From Planctomycetota bacterium (lineage in GTDB: Bacteria; Planctomycetota; Phycisphaerae; Phycisphaerales; SM1A02), in NCBI GenBank assembly GCA_003671025.1, contig QWPW01000013.1:13998-77997 (forward strand): 64,000 bases of DNA. Reading direction: 5' to 3'. Both the position numbers and the translations under genes were made by a program. The first letter of the stretch is position 1. Each line of letters opens with the position of its first letter. The notes beneath the pieces were generated by a model that was not told the DNA's origin, ran no database searches, and saw nothing but the letters and a program-made list of their open reading frames with translations. This document shows, in pieces, positions 46,525 through 57,600 of the stretch.

Positions 46525-48021
46525 TCACGGCCGCCAGCGGCGCGCGGGCGCCATCGCGTTCATGCGCTCGACGCGCAGCGGGAGCTCGATGGTTCCTGCG
46601 AACCATCGTGTGTATTCCATCGTCGGAGTTGCTCCGTCGGACGCGGGATCGGTGCGTGTGGAGTCGGATTCGCTTGCTGCGGGAATCGCGCGGCGCGCAA
46701 TCGCTTCGTCGCCGCGAATGCGCAGCGTCCATCGCGGAATGCTCGCGTTGACCGTCGACGCACCATCAGGACGCACGGCTTCCGCGTCAGGCAACGCGAC
46801 TTCGGTGTCGAGTTGGTAGAGCCGCTCCAACGCCGTCGCATCTTCGATGGCGGGAACCCAGCGTGCGTCGCTTTGTCGTTCACCGCCGCGCCACCACAAG
46901 CGACTGGTGCGACGAACAACTCCGTCTTCGCACACTTCAACGATGAGTCCGATGAGCACGCCTTCGCACTGCGCAATGAAAGTCGCGCGATGATTGAAGC
47001 GCAGTCCCGCGCGCGGCGATCCCTGCTGCCAAACGATGAGTCCTTCCGCGAACACTTCACTGATGGCCACGCGCAGCGGCAGCGAATCGATCGGTCCCCA
47101 CGTGTCGGCCGTGATAGCAGTCGCAGGCGTGAACGCAGGAATCGCAAACCGAGTGGTGGGGCACTCGGTCCACCCTTCGTCATCAATCGTGATGGCTCCG
47201 CGGGGACGATGGGCCAGGCGCAATTCCGCGCCGTCGCCAGTCTGCACGCCTTGCGGAAGATCAACGTACAGCGGCGGAAAACGCGCGGAGGGACTGAAGT
47301 TCGCGCGCACGATGGTGCCGTCAGCAAATGCAATCTGGGCGCGCCCTTCGACCGAACTCGGCCACCACACATCGGCGTCAATTGCAATCACGCGCGGTGC
47401 GTCGGAACCATGCATGGCCTCCGCATGAACCGTGGGAGGAATCTGCATCATGACGCGCAGTGCGGGATCATCGCTCTTGAAATGCGACAGCAACGCGGAG
47501 CCGAGATCGCGATATTTCCGCCGCCACGCAGTACTTCCCGCGGGAGCGTCGATGTCGCCGTGCACAAACAAGTCGAGTGCTTCGAGTGCGTGCGCTTCGC
47601 TGGTCTTCTTCGCTTGCACGCGTTGCGCGAGTTCCCAAATCGCCGAGCGCGTTGCTGACTCACTGCTCCAGGGCACGGCCCACAACACGATGCGCGTCGG
47701 AAGATCGCCCCACGGGCCGCGATCAAAGAGGCGCACGCGCGCTGCCACAGCGATGGCGACTACAGCAAGGATGCACACGATTGCGCGACCAAGATGACGG
47801 CGCGTGCGCAGCGTCTGTGCCTCGGACACGCAAGTGAATCCGCATTCGGCGCAGCGCAAGTTGTTGGCATCGGTGACCGGACCGAGTTCGTGCCAACAGC
47901 GTTGACAGCGTCGTCGCCCGCGCGCCGGATCGCCCGCGACATTCTTCGCAGCGAACACCGTGCATAAGACGATCGCCGCGAAGGAACCGAGCGAGAGGAT
48001 CCATGCGGCGATGTCAGTCAT
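46525..48021 (-). CDS. Bitopic membrane protein with a cytoplasmic zinc ribbon between two TM helices and a large external domain
   Basis: TM1 IAAWILSLGSFAAIVLCTVFAA, then CQRC-x14-CAEC, then TM2 AIVCILAVVAIAVAA, then a roughly 390-aa domain. Lies 23 nt downstream of the ABC-2 permease. Confidence 0.5.
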   Translation of the reverse strand: MTDIAAWILSLGSFAAIVLCTVFAAKNVAGDPARGRRRCQRCWHELGPVTDANNLRCAECGFTCVSEAQTLRTRRHLGRAIVCILAVVAIAVAARVRLFDRGPWGDLPTRIVLWAVPWSSESATRSAIWELAQRVQAKKTSEAHALEALDLFVHGDIDAPAGSTAWRRKYRDLGSALLSHFKSDDPALRVMMQIPPTVHAEAMHGSDAPRVIAIDADVWWPSSVEGRAQIAFADGTIVRANFSPSARFPPLYVDLPQGVQTGDGAELRLAHRPRGAITIDDEGWTECPTTRFAIPAFTPATAITADTWGPIDSLPLRVAISEVFAEGLIVWQQGSPRAGLRFNHRATFIAQCEGVLIGLIVEVCEDGVVRRTSRLWWRGGERQSDARWVPAIEDATALERLYQLDTEVALPDAEAVRPDGASTVNASIPRWTLRIRGDEAIARRAIPAASESDSTRTDPASDGATPTMEYTRWFAGTIELPLRVERMNAMAPARRWRP

Positions 48022-48044
48022 GTGTGTTCAATTCACGAGCCGCG

Positions 48045-49412
48045 TCAACGAACAAACGCCCAACGCACCAACTCGCGCGGCGTCGGTGGTTTTCCTTGCA
48101 TCAACACACCCACGCGGAAGATGCGCGCGGCAACCCAAAGCATTCCAAATGCAGAGGCGAATCCCCACACGATGGAGAGAATCGTTTGCCAAGCTGGAAT
48201 CGGTTCGGTGGCCGCGGTCAGGCGCAAGATCATCACGAAGGGACTCGCGGGCGGAATGAAACTCATCAGCGTTGCCAGCATTCCGTTGGGATTCTGAATG
48301 ATCGGCATCCACAACATCAGCGGCACGATGAGCAGCATCATCACCGGGCCGACCAGCGATTGCGCCTCGCGCAAGTCACTGACTGCGCTGCCCACCGCGG
48401 CCATCATGGAACTAACCATGAAGTACGCCATCACGAAGAACACCGCGAGATACACCAAGTGCATCGGTGGCACCAAGTCCATCATGGCCGCTGCGGAAAG
48501 TCCTGCTAAACCCAGACCGCCGTACATGATCAACATCACCGCGCTGACCATCGCGTAGCCGCAGATTTTTCCGCTGAGCAATTGCATGGGGCTGGTCGCG
48601 GCGAGCAACACTTCCATGACTTTGTTTGACTTCTCTTCGATGGTGGTGGTGAGCAAATAGTTGGCGCTGGTGAAGACGCAGATCCACAGCAGCATCATGA
48701 ATGCGCCTGGAACGATGAAGCGCAGCTCGGTGTTTTCTTCGGCTTCGCTGCCTTCAGGCGAGATGCGAGTGGTGTTGGGTTCAGGGGCATCGGTCAGTCG
48801 CGCCAGCAGTGCCGCGTCGACGCCGCTGCGCGCGATGCGTTCCTGTTCGAGAGCGCCTCGGATGGCGCGCTCGATTTGCTTCACGTGTTTGGTGGAGAGC
48901 GACGTGGGGATGTAGTACTCAAACGCAATTGCTTCTTGCGTGGGATCGATCATCTGCGGCGTGATCACCGCAGCGGCCAACAGCGTGCCCGCTTTCACTT
49001 GCTCTTTCAATTGATCGAGTGCATCGAGCGCAGACTCTTCGCGCCACGTGACCTCAACGCGCTGCCGCTCGCCGCCCGCGATTTCCGCAGCGGCATCGAT
49101 GCGCGAACCCATGTCGGTGGGCGGAGAAGTCACCAGTTCTTCCATCGCTTCTTCGCGGGTGGGCGCTTTTTCTAAGCGCGCTTTAGCACGAGGAATGATG
49201 GTGCCCGAAGCATCAATCACCGCGATGCTGCCCACCAACGCAGGCACTTTGTCGGTGATGAGCATGGGCACCAGCGCGATGACACCGAACATCAGAATCG
49301 GCATCGCGACCGCGCCGAAGATGAATCCCTTGGTGAGCGCGGTGTAGCGAAACTCGCGCCACGCGATGAGCGCGATCTTGCCCATGTACGACGATTGAGG
49401 ACGATCACGCAT
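48045..49412 (-). CDS. ABC-2 type transporter permease (NatB-like)
   Basis: 455 aa. N-terminal TM, a roughly 180-aa external loop and 5 C-terminal TMs. Start overlaps the ATPase stop by 8 nt. Confidence 0.7.
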   Translation of the reverse strand: MRDRPQSSYMGKIALIAWREFRYTALTKGFIFGAVAMPILMFGVIALVPMLITDKVPALVGSIAVIDASGTIIPRAKARLEKAPTREEAMEELVTSPPTDMGSRIDAAAEIAGGERQRVEVTWREESALDALDQLKEQVKAGTLLAAAVITPQMIDPTQEAIAFEYYIPTSLSTKHVKQIERAIRGALEQERIARSGVDAALLARLTDAPEPNTTRISPEGSEAEENTELRFIVPGAFMMLLWICVFTSANYLLTTTIEEKSNKVMEVLLAATSPMQLLSGKICGYAMVSAVMLIMYGGLGLAGLSAAAMMDLVPPMHLVYLAVFFVMAYFMVSSMMAAVGSAVSDLREAQSLVGPVMMLLIVPLMLWMPIIQNPNGMLATLMSFIPPASPFVMILRLTAATEPIPAWQTILSIVWGFASAFGMLWVAARIFRVGVLMQGKPPTPRELVRWAFVR

Positions 49413-50457
49413 CGACGCGGGCTCCCTTCGTTCTGTGAACAGAACTGTGCGCAGAACTGTGATTGACGCGACTGTGCGCCGATGGTGTTTGTATGTCGTT
49501 CAGTCGCGCATCAGACGCGCCCACGAGTTCGACAAAGAGATCATCGAGATTCATCCGTCGCAACGCCATCGAGCGCATCGGCGAAATCTCCAGCACTGCG
49601 CGCATCGCGCTCTCGGGATCAGTGCCGTGCGCGAGCTCGAGATCGACTACGCCTTCGTCGTTTACCTGCGCGCGCGAAGCAATTCCTCGCGCGATGGCGA
49701 GGTCGGCAAACTGCTCGGCGCCGAGACTCGCGGTGGTCTTCGGTTCGCACACGAGACCGCGATCATCGTGGCGCGCGCGCAACGTGGTGAGATCTTCGTC
49801 GAGCACCTTCTCGCCCTTATTGATGAGCACGACTCTGTCGCACAGCGCTTCAGCGGTGTGCATCTGATGCGTGGAGAAGATGATGGTCGCGCCGCGCGCT
49901 TGCTCGCTGCGAATGAGCTCGGTGACCAAACGACCGTTGATGGGATCGAGTCCTGAAAATGGCTCATCGAGAATGAGCAAATCAGGCGCGTGAATGATCG
50001 ACGCGAGCAGTTGAATCTTCTGTTGTTGTCCCTTGCTCAGCTCTTCGCAGCGACGCTTGGTCACGCCGGGAAGCGCGAGCCGCTCGAGCCAATCTTCGAT
50101 GCGTCGCGTCAGTCCACTCGCGTGCACGCCCTTCAATCGCGCGAGGTATGCCAAGAACTCGCCCACCTTCATCTTGCGATAGAGGCCGCGTTCTTCGGGC
50201 AAATAGCCGATGCGATCCTTCATCGCCAACGCCGAGCTGCCCAGCACTTCGACGCGACCAGTGTCGGGCGAAATGATCGACATGATCATGCGAATGGTGG
50301 TGCTCTTGCCCGCGCCGTTAGGCCCGAGGAATCCGCACAGCGAACCTTCGCGAATCTCCAACGAGATGTCGCGCACGGCTTGCACCGCGCCAAAACGCTT
50401 GTGTACACCTTCGATCGTGACGGCGAGGCCGCGCGAAGAACTAATGACTCGACTCAT
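49405..50457 (-). CDS. ABC transporter ATP-binding protein
   Basis: Walker A GPNGAGKST, signature LSKGQQQK, Walker B LLILDEPFSGLD, H-loop STHQM. C-terminal accessory domain. Confidence 0.9.
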   Translation of the reverse strand: MSRVISSSRGLAVTIEGVHKRFGAVQAVRDISLEIREGSLCGFLGPNGAGKSTTIRMIMSIISPDTGRVEVLGSSALAMKDRIGYLPEERGLYRKMKVGEFLAYLARLKGVHASGLTRRIEDWLERLALPGVTKRRCEELSKGQQQKIQLLASIIHAPDLLILDEPFSGLDPINGRLVTELIRSEQARGATIIFSTHQMHTAEALCDRVVLINKGEKVLDEDLTTLRARHDDRGLVCEPKTTASLGAEQFADLAIARGIASRAQVNDEGVVDLELAHGTDPESAMRAVLEISPMRSMALRRMNLDDLFVELVGASDARLNDIQTPSAHSRVNHSSAHSSVHRTKGARVDA

Positions 50458-50563
50458 AGGGCGGCGAGTGTATCGAAGCGCATGCGGGGGAATTTGCCTG
50501 CACTCGCACGCAACTTGATGAGATCGAGCGTGCAGTCTTCATCGCGTCGCATCGCATCAAGTC

Positions 50564-51544
50564 TCAGCGCGTCTGCCGCGCCTTCGTCACCTCGGCGGGC
50601 GGACGAATCGCATTCGGGCTCAGCGTGTTGACCGCGACTTTGTCGTAGACGAGTTCGGTGGTCATTCCGCCGGCGCTCACAGAGGCGTTGCGAAACGCGC
50701 GCAGCGGCGTCGACGGCCCCGCGCTCTTCACCGTGTTGCTTGCAGTGGAGGCATCCGTCGTGCCGCGTTCAACTTCTTTCCAATTGGAAAATCGAATGCT
50801 CTGGCCAGTCGGCGCGGGAGGTTGTGCGGCGGAATCGTCGCGCGGCGCACTCGCTTGAGGCGGCGCAGGAATGTCGATGCCGAGGATGATTCCTGTGGCG
50901 GATTCGATGTAAATGATCCACGCATCGGCCGCGCTGGCGGGAGTTGCCGCCGGGTTGCGCGGCGCGTTTCCCGCAGGAATCATGGCGATTTTCCACGCAT
51001 TCTTGCCGTCGAGTTTTTCGCGGCCGATGGTGGTGAACGCACTGAAGCGCGTTTCAATGGTGCGCAGCAGCGTCTGCAAATCGCCGCCACCCGCGAGTTC
51101 TTGCGCCATCTTTGGGTCGGCAACCTTCGCTTGTCCTGGTTCGCCGATCCACGCGATGCCATCGGCAAATCCCATCTCCATCACACCCTCGCCGCCGGGC
51201 ATTGTCTGCGTCAGTCGATGCGAATTGGGTGCGACGAACTGGTACTCGATGCGCGCGTCACCCATGACACTCTTCGCGGTGGCCACCGACTCGAAGCTCG
51301 CAATCTCGCGCCATCGCGCGCCACCAATGCGATCAATCGCAACACGCACAATCGTCGCTGCGTCGTTGGTTTCGTCTGCCCATGCACTCGGTGGTGCAGC
51401 GCACAAAACTTTCGGCGCAGAAGCGCACCAAGCTTTCGGCGCAGAAGCGCACCAAGCAACAGGCGCCGCAGTGAGTGACACTGCGACGCCTGAAATTGTT
51501 GCGATCACGATGAGCGATGAGCGAAGCGCGTTTTGGTGTTGCAT
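50564..51544 (-). CDS. Secreted protein, paralog of the upstream gene; possibly LolA-like (outer-membrane lipoprotein-sorting fold)
   Basis: Signal peptide from the ATG at 51544. Shares ..IGG..W..I.S.E......G.....F.DG.AW...PG / L.G.NAWKI pattern with 51632-52624. The fold call is tentative. Confidence 0.4.
   Translation of the reverse strand: MQHQNALRSSLIVIATISGVAVSLTAAPVAWCASAPKAWCASAPKVLCAAPPSAWADETNDAATIVRVAIDRIGGARWREIASFESVATAKSVMGDARIEYQFVAPNSHRLTQTMPGGEGVMEMGFADGIAWIGEPGQAKVADPKMAQELAGGGDLQTLLRTIETRFSAFTTIGREKLDGKNAWKIAMIPAGNAPRNPAATPASAADAWIIYIESATGIILGIDIPAPPQASAPRDDSAAQPPAPTGQSIRFSNWKEVERGTTDASTASNTVKSAGPSTPLRAFRNASVSAGGMTTELVYDKVAVNTLSPNAIRPPAEVTKARQTR
51409..51456. repeat. Perfect 24-bp tandem duplication
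   Basis: CTTTCGGCGCAGAAGCGCACCAAG x2 (51409-51432, 51433-51456). Encodes AWCASAPK twice just after the signal-peptide hydrophobic core. Confidence 0.9.
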
Positions 51545-51631
51545 GGTTCGTTCCGAGTGAGTGACTCGATAGCGACGCAGGCAAGTCGCGCGATGTTCCG
51601 CGAAAATCGCGAATCGTCGCCCGTCACTCAT

Positions 51632-52624
51632 TCACTTTGGTGTTGCGGGTGCTTTGGGAGCAGCGGGAGCAGTGGGAGTTTTGGGAGCCACGGGCGCAGT
51701 TGGAGCAGCAGGCGCGCTCGGTGCGGCAGGCGCGTCTGGAGCAGTCGCGGCGTTCTCAAGCTCCTCTTCTTCGGTGGGCTCTGGCTCGAGAAGTGCTTTG
51801 ATTTCCTTGGGCAAATCAAACTCGCTGGGGTCCACCAGATCAAAGACGACGCTCTCAACCGTGCTGATCATCTTCTGATTCATCTGCGTCGCTTCGGTGC
51901 GCACGGGCATGCGCACGGCGCCGAACTCGCGGTACTCGCGGATGACCGTCACCACTTTGAGGCGACCGACTTGCGTGTCGACTTCCATCTCCACACCGCG
52001 GGCGAGGCCGTCGTCCTTCGCGTAATACAACGTGGTGGTGTCGCTGCCCTTGGTTCCAACGAGCTTCCAACAGTCGTAGCCGTTGAAGTCGCCACCGCTC
52101 ACGGTTTCGATCTTGTCCCAACGCTTCTCGAGATCAACTTCTTTGAGGAAGTCTGCTTCGTGACGCATGGTCTCGAGCTCTTTCCCTTCGAGCAAACGCG
52201 CGCCGTTGATGGGATCGATCGACCACGCGGTGGTGCCGTCGAAACCCTGACGAATCGTGCCCACGCCCGCGAGTTCGATGAGCGTGAGCATCTTGTTGGG
52301 CGGCGCCATCTTGGAACGCACCGGTCCCTTCATGCCCGCGGCAGGCATCTCCATCGCGCCAATGATTTCGGTGGACTTGACCTTGCTCCACGCCTCTTTG
52401 CCGCCGATGGCCTCGACTGATTTCTTGAGAATTTCGGCCGCTGCAGGCAGGTTTTCGGTCTGCACCGCCGGCGTGATCGTCGCGGGGGTTGCGACCGGCA
52501 CGGTCACGGGCGGCGTGACGGCTTTGTCTTGCGCCAAGACGCCTGCGCTAAGCGCGAGCGAAGTCATGCACACGAATGTGCGCACAGAAAACGAAATCGA
52601 CGAGGAGTGTGATGTGTGTTTCAT
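51632..52624 (-). CDS. Secreted protein, possibly LolA-like, with Pro/Ala-rich C-terminal tail
   Basis: Signal peptide MTSLALSAGVLAQ. Core similar to the downstream paralog. Tail APDAPAAPSAPAAPTAPVAPKTPTAPAAPKAPATPK. Confidence 0.4.
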   Translation of the reverse strand: MKHTSHSSSISFSVRTFVCMTSLALSAGVLAQDKAVTPPVTVPVATPATITPAVQTENLPAAAEILKKSVEAIGGKEAWSKVKSTEIIGAMEMPAAGMKGPVRSKMAPPNKMLTLIELAGVGTIRQGFDGTTAWSIDPINGARLLEGKELETMRHEADFLKEVDLEKRWDKIETVSGGDFNGYDCWKLVGTKGSDTTTLYYAKDDGLARGVEMEVDTQVGRLKVVTVIREYREFGAVRMPVRTEATQMNQKMISTVESVVFDLVDPSEFDLPKEIKALLEPEPTEEEELENAATAPDAPAAPSAPAAPTAPVAPKTPTAPAAPKAPATPK

Positions 52625-52688
52625 TGAAGTGAGTTGATGAGAGTGTGTGAACGGATTCGGGTGCGTGAGTGAACGCGTGTGATCGAAG

Positions 52689-54329
52689 TTAGCGCGGCGA
52701 TGTATCGGGAGCCGTGGGAATTGCGGTGGGCGCCGCGACAGTTTCGTTGTTCGCGGATGCCGCTGCTTTGTTTGCCCGTGCAGTCAATGTCGACGCGCAA
52801 ATCCAAACGGTTGCGGCATCGAGTGCGCCGTCGCGACCAACGAGCAACGCAGCACGCGAAGGCGCAACGGCTTCGTCAGGAATGACGCCGCGGCCTTCGA
52901 GTCGTGTTCCCTTTGAGGTCACGAAATCCGCGACCGCATGCAACAGAACATCGCCACTAGGAAGTTCGGTCGCTTGCGCAGGCAGCGCCATTCCCGCAGA
53001 AGTTTCGCCGAAGACGCGCGCGCGGCCGAGGTCTTGCATCCCGCCCGCGAAGACTTCACTGGTGCTCGCGCTGCGTGCATCCATGAGAATCGCCAGCGGT
53101 TTGGAAATCGTGCGCACTCGTTTGCCTGCCGCAGAAACTTTGCGCGGCGACGCTTTGAATTCGAGCGTGCTGTCGCGACCGAGCATCGAACCGAGACTCT
53201 CAGGCGTGGCGAGAAAGTAGCCCGCGAGGCCCATCGACATCGCGCCCACGCCGCCAGGATTTCCACGCAGATCAATGACGATGCCATCGCATGAACGCAT
53301 GGTGTCGATCGCTTGATCAATCGCCTCCGATGCCCCCGTCATCCAGATGTTGAATCCGAGCACACCGATGCGCACAGGTTTGCCGCCTTCGACGGGCAAG
53401 CTGATGATTTGCGAATCGACGGCGATCGAGAACGGCGGAAGATTTCCAAACTTGGTGCTGCCCAGCGGCGAGGGCGCAAACGCGATGGTCACCACTTGCT
53501 CGTGGCCCGAAGCGTCTTCGAAGGTTGCGCGGCGAACTTCGCCGGAATCGCCTGAAAGCAAGTGGTTTCCCGTCACCGCCAACGCCACGCGCAGTTGTCG
53601 AGCGTGCGTCGAGTTGTGGTCGGTCTCTCGCGCAATTTCTTCGCGAAGCGGACGAAGTTCGTCGCTTACCAACGCGCCATCAACGGAGAGCAATTTCCAA
53701 CCGACGAGCACGCCCGCGCGCGCGCCCGAAAGATTTGGCGTTACGCGCAGCACGGTGGGTTCGCCGTCGACGAGTGCGATGTCGACTCCGCACACGCCAG
53801 GACCGCCCGGCGTCGTCGCGGTGTTGGTCGCGTCGCTGGAGGTAATCGTGTCAACATCGGTGGTGATGGTGGTCGAAGGGCTCTCTTGTGCGACGTGCTT
53901 TGAAACTGGCGCAGCGACTTGTTCTTCGGGAGTCGAGAGAGTGGGCGAGCGTTCTGCAGCTTGACCAGGAATGATCGCGAAGTGACTTTGTCCCAATCGC
54001 GAGAGCATGTCCATCAACACGGCGCGCGCTTGATCTTGCGTCAGCGCCGATTCCGCTTGTGGAAGGAGTTCGACGCGCACCGATTCCCAGTCCACGCCGT
54101 TGAGTGTCTTGTCGAAGTGTTGCGTGCGCACGGTTTCCCAAACGGCGTCAAATGTTTCGACGCTGCGCACTGCAGGCGCGGGCGTCATCACAACGGCCGT
54201 GTTGTTGGCCGTGTTGTTCGCCGTCGTCGATGACGTGTTGGTGACCGCCGACTTTGGGGCGCAACCAATTGCCCAGAGTGATGCGACCACACACAGCGGA
54301 AGGAACAATTGCATTGATGCGCGATTCAT
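52689..54329 (-). CDS. S41-family peptidase (C-terminal processing / tail-specific protease-like), probable lipoprotein
   Basis: ..GIVIDLRGNPGG.. and ..ILMDARSASTSEVFAGG..GETSAG motifs. N-terminus MNRASMQLFLPLCVVASLWAIGC from the ATG at 54329. Confidence 0.75.
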   Translation of the reverse strand: MNRASMQLFLPLCVVASLWAIGCAPKSAVTNTSSTTANNTANNTAVVMTPAPAVRSVETFDAVWETVRTQHFDKTLNGVDWESVRVELLPQAESALTQDQARAVLMDMLSRLGQSHFAIIPGQAAERSPTLSTPEEQVAAPVSKHVAQESPSTTITTDVDTITSSDATNTATTPGGPGVCGVDIALVDGEPTVLRVTPNLSGARAGVLVGWKLLSVDGALVSDELRPLREEIARETDHNSTHARQLRVALAVTGNHLLSGDSGEVRRATFEDASGHEQVVTIAFAPSPLGSTKFGNLPPFSIAVDSQIISLPVEGGKPVRIGVLGFNIWMTGASEAIDQAIDTMRSCDGIVIDLRGNPGGVGAMSMGLAGYFLATPESLGSMLGRDSTLEFKASPRKVSAAGKRVRTISKPLAILMDARSASTSEVFAGGMQDLGRARVFGETSAGMALPAQATELPSGDVLLHAVADFVTSKGTRLEGRGVIPDEAVAPSRAALLVGRDGALDAATVWICASTLTARANKAAASANNETVAAPTAIPTAPDTSPR

Positions 54330-54637
54330 AGGAGTAACTGTCGGGGAGTGTCGCGTGACCAGTGGTGTGCGCGCGATGAGCGAAAAGTTTCGCGCGAGTG
54401 ACCGAGTGTCCATGCGCGCGAGGGGCGGCTGCGAGTGCCCGCGTCAAAAAGGTGCCGATGGTAATCGCGCTTGCGCTGCGCGCGCAGGTCGCGGGCAAAC
54501 TCGCGTGAAGTCGACGCGAGAGCTCTGTGCAAACACCCCACGCGCGAAAAAGGCACTTTCCGCGCCACGGCAGCACATTCATCCATGTATCCGGATGAAC
54601 GGTTGAAGATCCGCGCCGTGACTCGTATCCTCCGCCG

Positions 54638-57600
54638 ATGCATCGCTCGCTCTTGAAGGCTCTTGACTCCCGCACGCTCATTTTTGACGGCGCGATGGGC
54701 ACTTCCATTCATGCGTGCGCCGATTGTCGTACCGAGGATTATCTCGGCCGTGACAACTGCACCGACATATTGGTGCGCAGTCGCCCTGACATCATTCAGC
54801 GCATTCACGAGAGCTTTCTCGCGGTCGGCGCCGACGTGGTGGAGACCGACACCTTCGGCGCCAACATCTTGGTCGGGCGCGACTTCGACGAGGAGTTTGC
54901 GGGTTGGACCTACGACCTCAACATGCGCGCGGCACAAGTGGCGCGCGCGGCCTGCGACAAGTTTGACTCGCCGAGCAAGCCGCGCTTCGCCATCGGTTCG
55001 ATGGGCCCAGGAACCAAGTTGGTTTCGCTCGGCCAAACCTCGTGGGATGAGATGCACGCGAGTTACTTGGAGCAAGCACGAGGACTTATCGCGGGCGGCA
55101 TCGACGGATTCATGATCGAGACTTCGCAAGACTTGTTGCAAGTCAAGATTGCGATCAACGCGGTGCTTGATGCCATCAAGGCAGCGGGAAAATCTCCCAA
55201 CGACTTGCCCATCTTCACCAGCGTCACCATCGAGACTTCGGGAACGATGTTGCTCGGCAGCGACATCGCCGCGGTGGTCAATGCGTTGCGCGCGTTTCCG
55301 ATTCATTCGCTCGGTCTCAACTGTGCGACTGGTCCGGTGGAGATGGTCGAACACCTCGCGTACATCACGAAAAATTGGGATCGCGCCGTCAGTGTGCTGC
55401 CCAACGCAGGTCTTCCGATTTTGGTCGAGGGACGAACGGAATATCCGCTGCAACCGAAAGCGTTCCGCGATGCCATGCGTCGTTTTGTCGAGGAATTCAA
55501 GGTGAATTCCGTCGGTGGCTGCTGCGGCACCACGCCCGCGCACATCGGAGAACTCGCGGCGCTGGTGAGTGAGCAGGGACTCGATCGACGCGCGCCGGCT
55601 CGCGCAATCACGCCGCAAGTTGCGGGATGTTCGAGCTTGTACGGCTTCGTCGAGTACACGCAAGAGAACTCGTTTCTCATCGTCGCCGAACGCACCAACG
55701 CCAACGGCTCGCGCAAGTTCAAGCGCTTGCTCGATGAAGATGACTTCGATGGATTAGTCTCGATGGCGCGCGAAGAAATCAAAGACGGCGGACAAGTGCT
55801 CGACGTGTGCGTCGACTTCGTGGGACGCAACGGTGTGCGCGACATGGAAGAAGTTGCCTCGCGATTCGTGCGTCAAGTGAACGCGCCCATCATGTTTGAC
55901 TCGACCGACCCGCGCGTCATCGAAGCGGGACTCAAGCGTTCTGGCGGCAAAGCGATCGTGAACTCCATCAATCTCGAAGACGGTCTCGAGCGCATGAATC
56001 GCATCTGCCCGCTGCTCAAGACCTATGGCGCGGCGTGTGTCGCGCTCACCATCGACGAAGATCCGCAAGCGGGCATGGCCAAGACTTGCGCGCGCAAACT
56101 CGAAATCGCCACCCGCATTCACGATCTCTACACGCGTGAGTGGGGGTTGCTCGCGGAAGACATTCTCTTCGATCCGCTCACGTTCACCATTTGCACGGGC
56201 AACGATGATGACCGTCGCCTCGGCCTCGAGACCCTTGATGGCATCGCAGCCATCGCGCAGGCATTTCCCAAATGTGGCTTGATTTTGGGGCTTTCCAACA
56301 TTTCGTTTGGTCTGAAGCCATCGGCGCGCACTGTGCTCAACTCGGTGTACCTGCATCACGCGCGCAGCCGCGGTCTCACTGCGGCCATCGTGCACGCCTC
56401 GAAGATTCTCCCGCGCAATCGCATCGCGCAGAACGAATGGGACGCCGCCGAGTGGCTCATCTTTGACAAGCGCGGCGATGAACGTCCTGCAGGGATGGCG
56501 GAAAATTTCGACCCGCTGCTCTATTACATCTCGCTCTTTCCCGATGGCTCGGAAGAGATCACGGTCAAAGTCACGCTCGCGGATCTGCCAATCGAAGAGC
56601 GGCTCGCGCGTCACATCGTGGACGGCGAACTACGCGACCTCGAGAAGAACCTCGTGATCGCGCTCGAGACCTATCCGCCGTTGACGATCATCAATGATCA
56701 TCTGCTCGGTGGCATGAAGACCGTGGGCGAACTCTTTGGTTCGGGTCAGATGCAGTTGCCGTTTGTGCTGCAATCGGCCGCAGTCATGAAGAAAGCGGTG
56801 GCCATCCTCGAGCCGCACATGGCCAAGTCCAACCAGAGCGCCTCAAAGAAGGCGTGCATTGTGTTGGCCACTGTGGCGGGCGATGTGCATGACATCGGCA
56901 AGAATCTCGTCGACATCATTCTCTCCAACAACGGATTCGAGATTCACAACATCGGCATCAAACAGCCGCTGCACGCGATTCTCGACGCATGGCGCAACAC
57001 CAAGGCCGACGCGATTGGCATGAGCGGATTGCTGGTGAAGTCGGTGGGAGTGATGGAAGAAAACCTGCACGAGATGAATCGTCTCGGCATCACCGTTCCA
57101 GTGATTCTCGGTGGCGCCGCGCTCACTCGTCATTACGCCGAATCGCATTTGCGCAGCATTTACAAAGGGCCGTTGTACTACGGACGCGATGCGTTTGAAG
57201 GTCTCGCAGTGGGCGATGCGTTGGCTACGAAGACACTCGCGTCGATTGATGCGGAGATTGATGAGCGGTTGGCCAAGCGCGAATTGGTTGACGCGAAAGT
57301 TTCCGCGGCGCGCAGTGCAGTGGCGAGTGCGAAGGCGACGGTGGACGTTGCCGCGCGCTCCTCGGTGTCGACCACGATTGTTGTTCCTACGCCGCCATTT
57401 CTTGGCGATCGCGTGGTCATCGATGTTCCGCTCGAGCAGATCTACCCCTACATCAATCTCGTCGCGCTCTTCCGCGGACAGTGGGGATTCAAGAAGGGCG
57501 ACATGGGCGAAGTCGAGTACGAACAGTACTTGCGTCTGCATGCGTGGCCAGTGTTCGAGCGTCTGTGCAAGGAGTGCAAAGAGCAGCGCATTCTGCGGCC

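Noticed and set aside
54414-54637. Riboswitch in the metH leader (SAH, SAM or cobalamin class)
   Set aside because: There is only a loose resemblance of GAGGGGCGGCTGCGAG to the 5' part of the SAH-riboswitch consensus as I recall it. I found no matching 3' pairing segment and no B12 box. A cmscan against Rfam would settle it; I cannot support a call by eye.
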